Below, in pieces: positions 24,701-37,579 of a DNA stretch of 64,000 nt. The position numbers and the translations under genes are program-made. A model generated the notes under the pieces. The model ran no database searches, had not been told where the DNA came from, and was given only the letters and a program-made list of their open reading frames with translations. Source of the DNA: Octopus bimaculoides (Eukaryota); the NCBI RefSeq assembly GCF_001194135.2, contig NC_068986.1:38085330-38149329 (forward strand), written 5' to 3'. How positions within the stretch are numbered: the first letter of the stretch is position 1; the number at the start of each line of letters is the position of its first letter.

Positions 24701-24703
<3 letters not shown>
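24058..24703 (-). mobile_element. Tc1/mariner DD41D (rosa/VS-type) internally deleted element with long TIRs
   Basis: WFQQDGATAHT...RSPDLNPCDFLLWGYLKSKVY with 41 residues between the second and third Asp. Perfect 20-bp inverted repeat 24103-24122 / 24595-24614 that extends imperfectly outward. Left end in gap. Confidence 0.88.
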
Positions 24704-24737
<34 letters not shown>

Positions 24738-25475
24738 ACCTGGCTGGTGCTGGTGCCTCATAAAAAGCATCCAATCCACATTGTAAAGTAGTTGGTATTT
24801 AGAAGGGCATCCAGCTGTAAAAATCATGCCAAAGCAGACCTTGCTAGTACTGGCACCACATAAAAAGGACTCAGTTCACTCTGTAAGGTAGTTTGCATTA
24901 GGAAGGGCATCCAGTTGTAAGAAACATGCCAAAACAGACCTTGCCAGTGCTGGTGTTTATATAAAGTTCATTGAGGCAACATAACTTGCTGAAAATGCCA
25001 ATTCTATTTTTGTGGTAGACATTTGACATCATTACTAGAATAACCATGAAATATAATTTCACAGTTAATATAGAACTGGAACTAAGTTTTAGTGCTTATA
25101 AATCCTTCAAAGGTCTTTGAATTATAACCTTTAATTTTATTGATATCATCTATTTTCCTTTGTTTTTGCACACTCAAGGTCTCAGACAAACGCAGCCTGC
25201 ATAATGGACTAAGAGAAAAGTCACTGAGAAGGTTGCAAATAGTAACAAAAGAGCTTTGACAAACAAAAACAAATAAATGGCTTACTGTTTAACCAAGTTA
25301 AACAAATAATCAATTAGTTAGTTGGATATTTAACCAATTGACTAATTATAAAGGAGTGGAATTGAACCAGTGTGTGTGTGTTAATATTGGCATAACGAGC
25401 CTCTGTAGTCACAGCAAAATATATTTCGGCATTTATATTTAAATTTTCATTATTTTTAAACAATTTATTTTATAG

Positions 25476-25551
25476 CTGTGGAATGATGGTCACAAATAGA
25501 TTTGAGGATTATGCTGGTGGTGTGTACAAAGAATATAATAAAGAAATATTT
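25476..25551 (+). CDS. CTSZ: Cathepsin Z exon (76 nt, absent from ORF track)
   Basis: ttttatag| acceptor, |gtatgt donor. AG|C completes Ser, then CGMMVTNRFEDYAGGVYKEYNKEIF. Phase 0 out. Confidence 0.93.
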
Positions 25552-27327
25552 GTATGTATTCACTTCTGATTTTCTTTTTGTTTGTTTTTCCTATATTTCA
25601 TTGATTTTAAAATTTGAATGATTATTAAGATATAATATTTTGTTCTATGTTGGAGTGAAAATACTCCTTTTTCAAGTAGAATATTCTGGTATTGTATTAT
25701 TTTGCACATAGCAATGACTATATTGCACTAGTCATTATCACAAAATACATTTTTGCTATCAGGAAGGTCTTTGATATAAAGTGAATGAGCAAAAACAAGA
25801 AAAAACACAAGAGGGACAAGTTTTCAGAAAGTTATTAGTATAATGCTTGAAAAGAAAGGGAAAATGTTGTAACAAATAGCTTCCTAGATTCTCAGCCAAG
25901 ATTAGAAACCTAGCCTAGATTTTTCTACAAGTTGCTTCCTATTGTTCTCAGCTTTTGCACTAAGAAATTTATGAGTGTTAGCTGTTAACCTGTAACTTTT
26001 CAAGTCAAACTTAGTTCAAGGCAGATAGGAGATGGAAAATCCTTTGTTTAGCTTGATCTAATTTAGTTAGAAAATATATAAATACAGAACCCAAATTTGG
26101 TTCTATTTTTTTGCTTGGCCCCTAGCCAAAAGGAGCACTTCATGTATGGCTTGTCACCATGTGACTACACAACTATCGCCCTCTCTACTTGTCTAAATTT
26201 TTTTACTCATTCTCCCTCCTTTTTTCATGTTTTTCCAGCAGTCAGTCACAGATAAACTTAACTCCACAAGATGGACTATAGAGCGGAAAATAATCATTTT
26301 ACAACAAGAACTTGAAGAAGTTATATTTGAAATTGTAATGATAAAATAAAGACCATTGCTACTAATAATATTTTCTTACAGAGGTGGGTTGGCCATGTAT
26401 TTGTACATATAAAAAATTACATTTTGGTGACCCCAGCATAATAGAATGTAACATTTTATATGTAGCAAATTAATGACAGATACTGCTGCTGCATGAGTCA
26501 AACAAAGTTTATTGAGGAAGATTTTAACAACCAGATGCCCTTTCTGTTGTCAACCCTCACCTATTTCCAAGCAAGGTTATATTTCCTCATGGTCAGACAT
26601 GCTCTCACAGGATACTGGAAATGAATGACAATTATCACACAGTGTCAAGAACACACACACACACACACACACAACAGGCTCCCACACAATTTCTGTTTAC
26701 GAAATTTACTAAATCCACACGCAAAGCTCTGGTTGACCTGGGGCTATATTAGAAGACACTTGCCCAAGGTACCATATAGTGAGATTGAACTTGACACCAT
26801 GTGGTTGGGAAGCAACCTTCTTAGCAATACATTCATACCTGGCCTATAGCCACATCTGCGCTTATCACAGAAAAAGAATCCAAGATCATTTTAGTATGAA
26901 TTCAATGTCAAGTTTGGTATTTAAGTAAATGAGCATTTAGCTGTAATTATAGATTGAATTTTTGCCTGTCCTGTATATTACATATGATACACAGGATATA
27001 TTTCCCTGGTATCCATGCAACACACATTACCACTGTTTTTCAACTATCAAATTAACTCAGGATTTATGAAAGGAAAGATTTATATTACTCAGAATGTATA
27101 AAAACAAGGGTTAACTTAAGGTCTGAAAACAAGCGTGGATGTTTAGGATAAACGTATAAAAATGCTTCAGACAGGCAAAGGTTTAAAGATGATCAGTAAG
27201 TAAAAGAAAACAATCTCAATTCTATTTCTTTTACTCACTATCAATCCTTTTCATTATTTCCTTCCATAAACAAGAAACTGATTTTTTTTCTTGATACTCA
27301 CTTTTATAATTTATAAATGTGCTGTGC

Positions 27328-27750
27328 GTGAGAAGACCAGGCAAGCCAAGTGAGATCGTTGCCAGTGCCCCTGGACTGGCTCTTGTGCGGGTGGCACATA
27401 AGATGCACCATTTTGAGCGTGGCCGTTGCCAGTACCGCCTGACTGGCCTTCGTAGGATTTTCAAGCAAGATCGTTGCCAGTGCCCCTGGACTGGCTCTTG
27501 TGCGGGTGGCACATAAAAGACACCATTTCGAGCGTGGCCGTTGCCAGTATTGCCTGACTGGCCTTCGTGCAGGTGACACGTAAAAGCACCTACTACACTC
27601 TCTGAGTGGTTGGCGTTAGGAAGGGCATCCAGCTGTAGAAACTCTGCCAAATTTAGATTGGAGCCTGGTGTTGCCATCCGGTTTCACCAGTCCTCAGTCA
27701 AATCGTCCAACCCATGCTAGCATGGAAAGCGGATGTTAAACGATGATGAT
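27328..27750 (+). mobile_element. Young 5'-truncated RTE insertion in a CTSZ intron
   Basis: AVREKT*-encoding end, tandem UTR units and (GAT)n tail ending about 63 nt before the 27814 exon. Confidence 0.88.
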
Positions 27751-27813
27751 AGTTTTCTGTATAATTTCCATGAGACAGTGACATTAATTATATAATGTGA
27801 TATTGTATTTCAG

Positions 27814-27906
27814 ATAAACCATATTATTTCCATTGTTGGCTGGGGAGTTGATAATAGCACTGGTATTGAATATTGGATTGGCAGAAATTCCTGGGGATCA
27901 TTTTGG
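27814..27906 (+). CDS. CTSZ: Cathepsin Z exon with catalytic His and Asn
   Basis: tttcag| acceptor, |gtaaga donor. [31 protein letters not shown] contains the papain-family NH and RNSWG motifs. Phase 0 at both ends. Confidence 0.96.
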
Positions 27907-28959
27907 GTAAGAAATTACAAATTTATTTCATACAAGTTAAATGCTTATATACATAATGTTGATTGAAACAACTATAGTTCATGGTTACTTTTTACTGGTC
28001 AATGGAAGTATGAAAAAAGTATACTCTGACCAAAGTCCAACTCAAAAACTCAAAGAATAAATGGAATTGCTGCTGCCTGCTGATCTGGTCTGTCTCAGTT
28101 ACCCACCATCATGGATGCCAATGCAACCAGCTGAGAGATCAGTAGTGTGTATCTTGTCAACACTCCTAAATTGTGGTCCATTGCCAACATATGAGCTGAC
28201 CTCTAATAATATATCATGGGCAGTATCATTCATTGTTGTTGGTATAGCAGAACTGTAGTAGTAGTAGTAGTAGTAAATTCAGTTTTTGCCATGGGAAAAA
28301 ATCTGCTTTCATTGTCCACACCTGAATACAGAGTGCTTAACACAGCAGAAAGTGGAATTTTTAGTGCTGCCTCTCTAGATAACCTTGTTGATCCAAAACG
28401 ATAAGCTATCAAATGTTCCATAAGTTTGAGTTACGTAAAAAGGGAAAAAGTAAAATGCTTTCTAAGTGTGTATGTATGCATGTGTGTGTATGTGCAAATG
28501 TGCCTGCATGTGTATGTAAAGAATATAAGTTGTAATAACAATAGTCACTTTTAATGGTGATATCCTGTTCACACAAAGTTATGTTATTAACAAGAAGTGT
28601 ATAAAAAGTATAAAAACTAATTTACCATGTGCTTAGACCATTTCCAGTCTATATGTTTTTCTATTAGGATAAAAATACAATAATATTACTGAAAATATCA
28701 GAATAAAGATGCTGACAATTCAGCAGAAAACTATTCTGATAAGTAAAATATCCATCCATTCACCCCATCCACCCAGTCATCCATCCATATTCTCTGCCCA
28801 CTACTCTTGGGAGAGTCATGGGGGTAGAGTCTTTAGGCACTACTTCCATAGAGTTCTATCAGAAACAGCCTTCATTACAGTTTCCAGCTGGATTCCTATG
28901 TGTGACCAACTGAGACTATAAATATTATCCAACCATCATGTTCTTGGATTACCTATTAG

Positions 28960-29250
28960 TTTCCTATTAGTTAGCTCAGTTAGAACCCTCACTTATGGCT
29001 GTGAATGTTGGGTAATGACCCCCACCAAAAAAGTACAATCAGAATACAAGTGTTCAAATTAGGGTTCTTTCAAAGGATCTCATGGGTAGTACTACTTGAC
29101 AGGGTGGGTAGTTTGGAGCTCAGAAAGTCTTTTCAGATTGAGTTGCTTCTCATTGCAATGAAAGGTCACAGCTCCAGTACTACAGATGTGCGAGTAGAAT
29201 GCCATAGGAAAGAACTCCAAGATGGATTGTTTAGCTATTCCAAGAAAGTA
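28960..29250 (+). mobile_element. Old RTE/Expander-type 3' coding fragment
   Basis: TLTYGCECW..., RIQVFKLGFFQRIS.VVLLDRVGS.ELRK..QIELLL. Confidence 0.65.
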
Positions 29251-29389
29251 TAGTATCAGAAATTATAAAATCTTCTCTGTTCTGTTGTTTTTTGTGTTAG
29301 AATTAACTAGTTCTGAAAAGTCTAAAATTTTAGCAAAAGAATAAAGTTTGTTGCTGTGGAGAAAAAGGCAAAAAAAAAAAAAAGTCAGG

Positions 29390-29960
29390 TAATAACGGTC
29401 CTTACTACTATAGGCACAAAGCCAGAAATTTTGAGGGAAGGGGCCAGTCAATTACACTAATCCCAGTGTTCAACTGACAAAAAGTCAACCATGGTGAAGT
29501 TTGAACTCAGAACATAACAATGGGCAAAATTTTACAAAGCATTTGATCTGGAGTGCTGATTTCAAATTTTGGCACAAGACCAGCAAATTTAGGGAAGTGT
29601 GTATGTCAATTACATCAACCTCAGACTTCACCTGATATTCTTATTTTATTGACCTCCCGAAAGGATGAAAAGCAAAGTTGACCTTGGCAAAATTTGAACT
29701 CAGAATGTAAAAGTGAATGAAATGCCACTAAGCATTTTGCCCAGCGTGCTAACGATTCTGCCAGCTCACCACCTTAAATCAAATAATACTAATAATGATG
29801 ATGTTTCTGACATTGACAGAAGACCAGAAATCTGAAGGAGAGAAACAGTCGATTGTATCAACTCCAGTAGTTTACTGGCCCTTTATCTACCCTGGAAGAA
29901 TGAAATATAAAGTTGATCTTAGTGAGATTTGAACTCAGAATGTGAAGAGCAGAAACAAAT
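29390..29960 (-). mobile_element. Head-to-tail cluster of family B SINEs
   Basis: TTTGAACTCAGAA block at about 29500, 29695 and 29930. Confidence 0.8.
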
Positions 29961-30399
29961 ACTGTAAAGCATTTTATTTTTTCCAATGGAGATGAAGAAC
30001 AGAGTTACTTTATTTGATGGCATAACAGATGCACATGCATATTAGATGCATCTCTATTTCGGCAGCACATATTCAGAAAGAAATTTTGAAGGCATAAAAA
30101 CATGTAGTATTTATGCCTTCATATAGGACATGGGGTGGTTTTTGAGACATTTTTTTCTGAAAAATATGCTTTTTACATGCCATCAATACAGTGATAATTA
30201 TATATTAAATACCACTACATGGAGTGATGACGACAATTATTTTTTAACGTGAAGCACAAAAAAAGAAAGAGAACTTAATGGTGGTTGCAAGGGAAATAAC
30301 TCCTATAAAGAAGTTTTAAAGTTTGGAATGTATTTTAAGGTTAAGGTTCTTGATGAGACTGTCTTTAATATATATTGTCGAAATCTTTCTTTGGTCGTC

Positions 30400-30640
30400 T
30401 TTTCTTTATACAATTTTTATTATGGTCTATCGAAACTAACGTCAATTTGAATTCAATATCTCTACAAGCTTATAAAATCAAAAACAGTGCGGCACTCATA
30501 ACTCGCATTTTTTCACACTCAGAATTGTCAATGCATGGAATAAACTACCCACATCGACTGTTAGCTGTTAGGACACTGCATTCTTCAAAAATTCCATGTT
30601 TTCCAAAATCCACCAACTCTACTTTTGAGATGTTTATGCA
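30400..30640 (+). mobile_element. CR1-type LINE 3' end
   Basis: HFFTLRIVNAWNKLPTSTVS..TAFFK, the typical FF..R.V..WN.LP terminus. Confidence 0.75.
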
Positions 30641-30907
30641 ATCCTTCCTTTTTATGGCTCTATTACTGTTCACTTTTGTTCTTTTTTATTATTCTGTGTA
30701 TTATGCATGGACTTTTCATTTTCATTACTGCCTTTCTTTACTCAACTTATTGCTATTTTCCTTATTATTATTATTATTAGGTGGCAAACTGGCTGAATAT
30801 TGCTTTCAAATTTTGGCACAAGACCAGCAATTTCAGTGAAGGGGATAAGTCAATTACACCTACTCCAGTGTTCAACTGGTATTTATTTTATTGACCCCAA
30901 AAGGATG

Positions 30908-31392
30908 TGTAGCGAGGCACAAGAAGCCAGCGCCATATTGTGCACAATCTCACTGGTAGCCATTACCATGTCTGAGACAGGAGCGAGATATCGCCTGCAA
31001 CCATTTGCCATGCATGAGACAGCAGCGTGACTCATCGGCAATGACTACATAAGCAGGAGAATTAAGACACTCACCCTTTTTCGTCCTTCTCATTTACGCT
31101 GAGGATCACTGCAAGCTGGCAGCTCACAGCGGATTCTTATCCTGCTCTAACTTCACCTGTTATCTCCCGAGGTAATGTACCTCATATGAACAGAGCTATA
31201 ACAAACCACGTGCTGCCATAAAGATGGTCATTGGGAGCAAGCCACATGAACGAGAACTAAAATAAACAACTGTTAAATTGCACTCCGTTTGTAAGCTTCT
31301 TCTTTGAGTTCCAGATCCTTGAGACTACAGAAATAATTGTAATGGGAGAAGGAGATACTCCACAGGTATCACAAGGCTTCAATTCCAATATA
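30908..31392 (+). mobile_element. Solo LTR (485 bp, 4-bp TSD) inserted in a family B SINE
   Basis: Begins TGTAGCG. GATG is duplicated at 30904-30907 and 31393-31396. The SINE consensus (GGATGAAAGGCAAAGT) is restored on removal. AATAAA at 31261. 3' end reads ATA rather than ACA. Confidence 0.72.
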
Positions 31393-32537
31393 GATGAAAG
31401 GCAAAGTTGACCTGAGTGGAATTTGAATTCAGAACGTAATGATGGACAGGATGCCACTAAGCATTTTTGCCCTGTATGCTTGCAATTCTGCAAGCTTGCT
31501 GAGTATTGCTTTCAAATTTTGGCACAAGGCCAACAATTTCAGGTGAGGGCATAAATCGATTACATCAACCCCAATGCTCAACTAACTATACTTATTCTAT
31601 CGACCCCCAAGAGGATGAAAGGCAAAGTTGACCTCAGTGGCATTTACAATCAGAACATAATAGCGTTGGAAGAAATGCCGCTAAACATTTTGCCCAGCAC
31701 ACGAACAATCCTGAAGATGGTTGCATATTACCATACCAGATGCTTAGCAGCATTATATCTGTCTTAAAGACAGATATAATGTTCTGAGTTCCAATTCTGC
31801 TGAGGTCAACTTTACCTTTCATCCTTTCCAGGCAATGAAATAAGTATACCAGTTGAGTACTGGGGTCAATATGATCAACTAGTCTCCTCCTGCAAAATTT
31901 CATGCCTTCTGTCTATTGTAGAAAGAATATTTCAGAGCATCAGAAAACATGATTTTTTTCTGTCATGTCTGTATGGTTAAGAAGCTGGCTTTGCAACCAC
32001 ATGGATTTAGATTTTGTCCCATTGTGCAGCATTTCAGGCATGTGCCTTCTGCTATAGCCTGGGGCTAATCAATGCCTTGTAAGTGGATTGGGTAGATGGA
32101 AGCTATGTGGGAACCTGTCATATATGTATATGTACATATATGTGTGTTTGTACCCCCCACCACATGACAACCAGTGTTGGTTTGTATATGTTCCTGTAAC
32201 GTAGTGGTTTAGCAAAAGGGACCAATTAAAAAAGTATCAAACTTAAAAATAAGTACTGAGATCAATTTGTTCAACTAAACCCTTCAAGGCAGTGTTCCAG
32301 TATGGCCACTATCCAAAAGATGAAAAAAGTAAAAGATAAAAGATAGGATTGATGCACAAAACAACTGACTCAGGTAGTTTATTCCATGTTGTGATAATCC
32401 TGAGCATGAAAAAATGTTTCTGAAAGTCATGGGGGCAGTACTGCTGCTGCTGTTTTTTTTGTTTTTTTTTTTCCTTTTATAACATGACTAAGCCATGAAA
32501 AAGAAAAAGAAATCATTAAGTGTAATTTGTTGTTAAA

Positions 32538-32720
32538 CCCTTTAGCATTTAAATTAGTCATATCAGGCCCAAATATTCTACCTGTCAAATGTTCATTTAA
32601 ACTAGCCATATCAGGCCCAGATACTCTACCTGTTAAATGTCAGATATGCTGGTCAGGTACGCCCCTCACTCACACCTACTCTACAATGTCAGTCTGAAAA
32701 TAAATAATCACATCATTGAA
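32538..32720. mobile_element. piggyBac-type MITE running into the gap before the last CTSZ exon
   Basis: Begins TTAAACCCTTTAGCATT. Same family at 50595-50766, 53007-53380 and 53620-53897, two of which end AATG(C/T)TAAAGGGTTAA. Confidence 0.7.
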
Positions 32721-32877
32721 NNNNNNNNNNNNNNNNNNNNNNNNNNNNNNNNNNNNNNNNNNNNNNNNNNNNNNNNNNNNNNNNNNNNNNNNNNNNNNNN
32801 NNNNNNNNNNNNNNNNNNNNNNNNNNNNNNNNNNNNNNNNNNNNNNNNNNNNNNNNNNNNNNNNNNNNNNNNNNNNN

Positions 32878-32955
32878 AAGAATGGTGGATCATCATACAA
32901 TTTAGGAATTGAGACACAGTGTAATTATGGTGACCCAGTTATCTCTAAAAATTAA
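32878..32955 (+). CDS. CTSZ: Cathepsin Z terminal exon, visible 3' part (5' part in N gap 32721-32877)
   Basis: KNGGSSYNLGIETQCNYGDPVISKN* matches the cathepsin Z C-terminus (YNL.IE..C..GDP.V). Acceptor not visible. Confidence 0.92.
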   Translation, partial: KNGGSSYNLGIETQCNYGDPVISKN

Positions 32956-33158
32956 AATCTTTTAACAAATTTCATTGGTTATTACTAAAAATTAAAGCCA
33001 AATCTTTTCTTTTCTAAAAGAATTAAACTTAAAAACTTTACTCTAAAAATTTACTTACCAATGAGAATATCTATTTAAAAATATCATTTATATAATTTTA
33101 ATGACCTCAGCATATTGCATCGCCATATTAAAAGAGATTATAATTAAGACTTAATCAG

Positions 33159-33184
33159 AATAAAAATCTTTATTTATGAATAAA
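33159..33184 (+). terminator. Candidate CTSZ polyadenylation signals
   Basis: AATAAA at 33159-33164 and 33179-33184, about 200 nt after the stop in AT-rich repeat-free sequence. More AATAAA lie downstream, so the site actually used is unknown. Confidence 0.45.
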
Positions 33185-34585
33185 CATTAAAAGCACGAAC
33201 AATGGAATATTTTTCAAATCCTAAATATACTCATTTTGATTTTAAAATACTAACTGCTGTAAGTCTAGGTTTCATTACTTACATCATAAGAGCAAATCTA
33301 AGTTATGATGAAGAATTTTTGTCTTTATAATTCCTCAACCGAAAATGTGAGATTAAATTAGAGATTATTTGTCAAAGAGATTATATTGTAAAAATAAATT
33401 ACAAGTTTAAATAACACCATGACAACATTTTTTATAATTTTAAATAAAACAGTTTTCTATGGGTTTTGTGTTATTCTTTTAATATTCAAATATTGCATAA
33501 GTGCAAGTGTCTTCAAATAAAGGTTCAGGACGACTGAAACTTTGTGATCAAATTTTGATCACAAATGCCTGTTGTGTGTGTGTGTCCATCCTTATCTTGG
33601 TATCGCATGATATTTGTAAATGAGTGTCACTGTCATATTAGCAACATCATTCATTTCCAATATTCTACAAAGATATTTCTCACTATAGTGGAAATGTTAC
33701 TTTTCTTGGAAACAAATGATCATTGGCAATAAAATGGGCATCCAGCTGTACAATATCTGCATCAATAAAGCCTGTCCAAGCCATGCAAGTATGAAAGAAT
33801 AGATGTTAAAACAATGATGATGATGTGTGCATTTTTCTTCATGATTAAAATAAGCATCATTGATATATAGGAAGTTGATTTCATCAACTCATCATCATCG
33901 TTTAACGTCCGTTTTTCATGCTGGCATGGGTTGGATGGTTTGACTGGGGACTGGCAAGCCAGGAGGCTGCACCAGGTTCCAATCTGATCTGGCAATGTTT
34001 CTACAGCTGGATGCCCTTCCTAATGCCAATCACTCCAAGAGTGTAATGGGTGCTTTTTATGTGCCATCAGGCAGCACTGGCATTGGCCACGTTTGGATGG
34101 CGCTTTTTATGTGCTACTGGCACAGGAGCCAGTCAAGGCGGTGGGGCTGGCATCAACCACATTCGGATGGTGATTTTTATGTGCCACCAGCACAAGGAGC
34201 CAGTCAGGTGGCACTGGNNNNNNNNNNNNNNNNNNNNNNNNNNNNNNNNNNNNNNNNNNNNNNNNNNNNNNNNNNNNNNNNNNNNNNNNNNNNNNNNNNN
34301 NNNNNNNNNNNNNNNNNNNNNNNNNNNNNNNNNNNNNNNNNNNNNNNNNNNNNNNNNNNNNNNNNNNNNNNNNNNNNNNNNNNNNNNNNNNNNNNNNNNN
34401 NNNNNNNNNNNNNNNNNNNNNNNNNNNNNNNNNNNNNNNNNNNNCTCTGAGTGGTTGGCGTTAGGAAGGGCATCCAGCTGTAGAAACTCTGCCAAATTAG
34501 ATTGGAGCCTGGTGTTGCCATCCGGTTTCACCAGTCCTCAGTCAAATCGTCCAACCCATGCTAGCATGGAAAGCGGACGTTAAAC

Positions 34586-34619
<34 letters not shown>

Positions 34620-35400
34620 GTGATTTGATTTTTGATTTTACTTGACTCAATAGGTCTCCTCAAGCACAGCATGTCGCCTGACGATTCAAAGGTACTTTTT
34701 AAATGGGCTGGTTATGCAACACTGGTATAGACTATGGCTGTGATCTCACTTTACTTGCCAGGTTTTCTCAAATTCAGCATATCTCCAGAGATCTCAGTCT
34801 GTAGTCATCACCTCTGTGAGGCCCAACATTCAAAGGTCATGCTTCACCACCTCATCCCATGTCTCCCTCTTCCATGGGTTCCCTCCACTGTTAGGGAGTG
34901 ACACTGCTTCACACATCTCTCCTCATCCATATGCAGCACATGACCATACCAGTGCAGTCGCCTCTCTTGCACACCAAATTTGAGGCTTCTTATACCCAAT
35001 TTTTTTCTCAGGGTGCTTACATTCTGTTGTGTGTGCACACTGATATTACACATCCAGTGGATCATACTAGCTTCATTTCTTTCAAGCCTACACATGTCTT
35101 CAGCAGTCATGGCCCATGTTTTACTGCCGTGAAGCATAGCAGTTCGCACACATGCATCATAGTCTACCTTTCACTCTGAGCGAGAAGCCCTTTGTCACCA
35201 GCAGAGGTAGGACCTTTCTGAACTTTGCCCTACAGTGGCAATGCTGTCTGAGCATTCATCCCCACTACAGACTAGGTCACTTAGGTAGTGGACGCTATCA
35301 ACTACTTCTAGTTTCTTCCCCTGGCATATGATGGAATCTGTTTTCTGAGCATCTGCAGTGTTTATTGCCCCTGTGCATCTTTTGCTTATCATTCGCTCAT
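34620..35400 (-). mobile_element. RTE RT C-terminal fragment plus 3'UTR
   Basis: KKLEVVDS.HYL.D...MLHGSKTWAMTAEDMCRLERNEASM...RRLHWYGHVLHMDEERCVK. Confidence 0.85.
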
Positions 35401-36639
35401 GTGTGTGTGCGTGTGTTCCCTCCACGCCATCACTTGACAACTAGTTTTGATTTGTTTATGTCCTTGTAACTTAGTGGTTCAGCAAAAAACACCCTTAGAA
35501 TAAGCATCAGACTCAAGAAATAAACACTGGTATTGAACTCTGACTAAAACTCTTCAAAGCATTGCTCAAGCACAGGGTGATGGTGGTGAGGCTGATGATG
35601 ATGTAGCTGATGACAGCGATGAGAATGCAATAAACTTGATAGGAGTATGTTCTTGGTGAAACCAGTTGCCATAGCTTAAATTCCTTTTTGCAGCTACTTT
35701 CTAGTACTCACGCCACTAATGTCCTTGAGAAAGACATGAATATAACGTGATCTCACTGACTTTTCCTCCTATAAAAACTGATGGTGCTTTATGTTGCTTG
35801 AAGAGAACAATATTGACTATAGAATTTTAACAGAGATAAATTAACATTAAAAAAAAAAAAAAAAAGAATTGTGAATGTGTACTGTGCTGAATCTGCAGTC
35901 TTGCTTCCATCGATCAAACTGGAAAGTATACACTCCTCTTAACTTATTGTTGATGAGTTAGCTATTAAAACACAACTAAATAATTCTAATACTTCACACA
36001 ATACTTCAAAATATATAATTTTTTTAGAATCATTTCACCCATGTTAGCTGCTCATAGTGGCACAGAGAGAGTCCAACAATTTCAAAAATATATTACCAAA
36101 CTTAAAAATTATTTCTACAGCAATGGAGTAACTATTATAAAGAGTAGTTGAGTTATAACCAGTGACAGATCAATGAAACAAATACCAGCACCATTATAAC
36201 TAATGTTGATTTAATTGATTACATGTCCTCAATTGACACATTTCTTATGGACAATCATGTGAAAATAAAAAAGTATTATAGCTGCTGTCTAAGCCAAGGT
36301 CAGTTTTGATTCAGTCAATTTATGGTGTATGCTAGTAGTTAACCAAGCAACTAAGTTCAAACCTCAGATCCATTCAAGGTCAGTGATGGTGAATATTTCT
36401 AATTTGGTGTGTCAAGATTTTAATTTCTGGCATGACTGTCTGGTTAAGAAGTTTACACCCCAATGGTATGGTTTTAGTCCACTGCAAGGTACTTTTGGAA
36501 AATATCTTCTGCTATAGCCTCAGGCCAACTAAAGCCATGTGAGTAGATTTGGTTTGGTAGACAGAAATAGAAAGAAATATTTTGTGTATATATGGGTGTG
36601 TATATATATATATATATGTATATCTTCTCTATCTCATGT

Positions 36640-36670
<31 letters not shown>

Positions 36671-37579
36671 CACACAAGTTGACATAACCGGTAATTCCCA
36701 GGAAAGTGGGGCTTATCCCTTGGTTCTGTTCTCATAATTGTTTTGCTAATCTAGTAACAACAATACAAAGTATGTAGCCCTCAAAACAGTTTTGTGCATT
36801 TATTGAGAATACTGAACTGTCTTACACAGGATCTTGTTTTTAGGAATTCCCAATATGTTATAAATACCCAAATTGTGAAGTCAGTTATGTAATAACATGA
36901 AATTAAATACCCAATAGTAAGAATTCAAATAAATTAGCCCCGAAAAGGGCTTTAATACATTCCCAGAGTATACAGAACTTAGGAAAAAATACTAATAAGG
37001 TATGTATACTAAAATCATGAAACATGTTATGTAATAACAGGCTAATCAGATATGAGATAATAACAATTCAAAGTAAATAACTCTGAAAAAAGCTTTTGTG
37101 CATTCGCAGAGAATATTACCCTCAGTGACGCTAGTGTTGGTATATTTGTGAATAAGTCACTAACCGGAATAAGTGGATCTATTGTTTAGTAAAATACTAT
37201 TTACGTGTTTAAGTGTTGTACCGGATAAATTGCGAAAATAACTCAAATAGTTAAAATACTAAGAAATAAGCATACTCAATTCGATTTATACGAAATAATT
37301 TACAAACAAGAATGGGTTATTTCCCTTGGCTATATATAAGGATTCCTTTCAGGAGCGAATGGATTATTTCCCTTGGATGTTTAAAAATAATATATTAGTT
37401 ATATGTAGTAGATATAAGAAACCCTTCCAGGGGCTCTATTATCGATTTTTTTTCAACAATCTAAGTATGTCACTAGTTTTCCAGACATGAGTTCTACTCA
37501 TCTATCAACTTTCATCAAAATCAATAAAACAATGTACAAGGAGTTAAATAACAATGCTATAAACAAACACACATACAGA

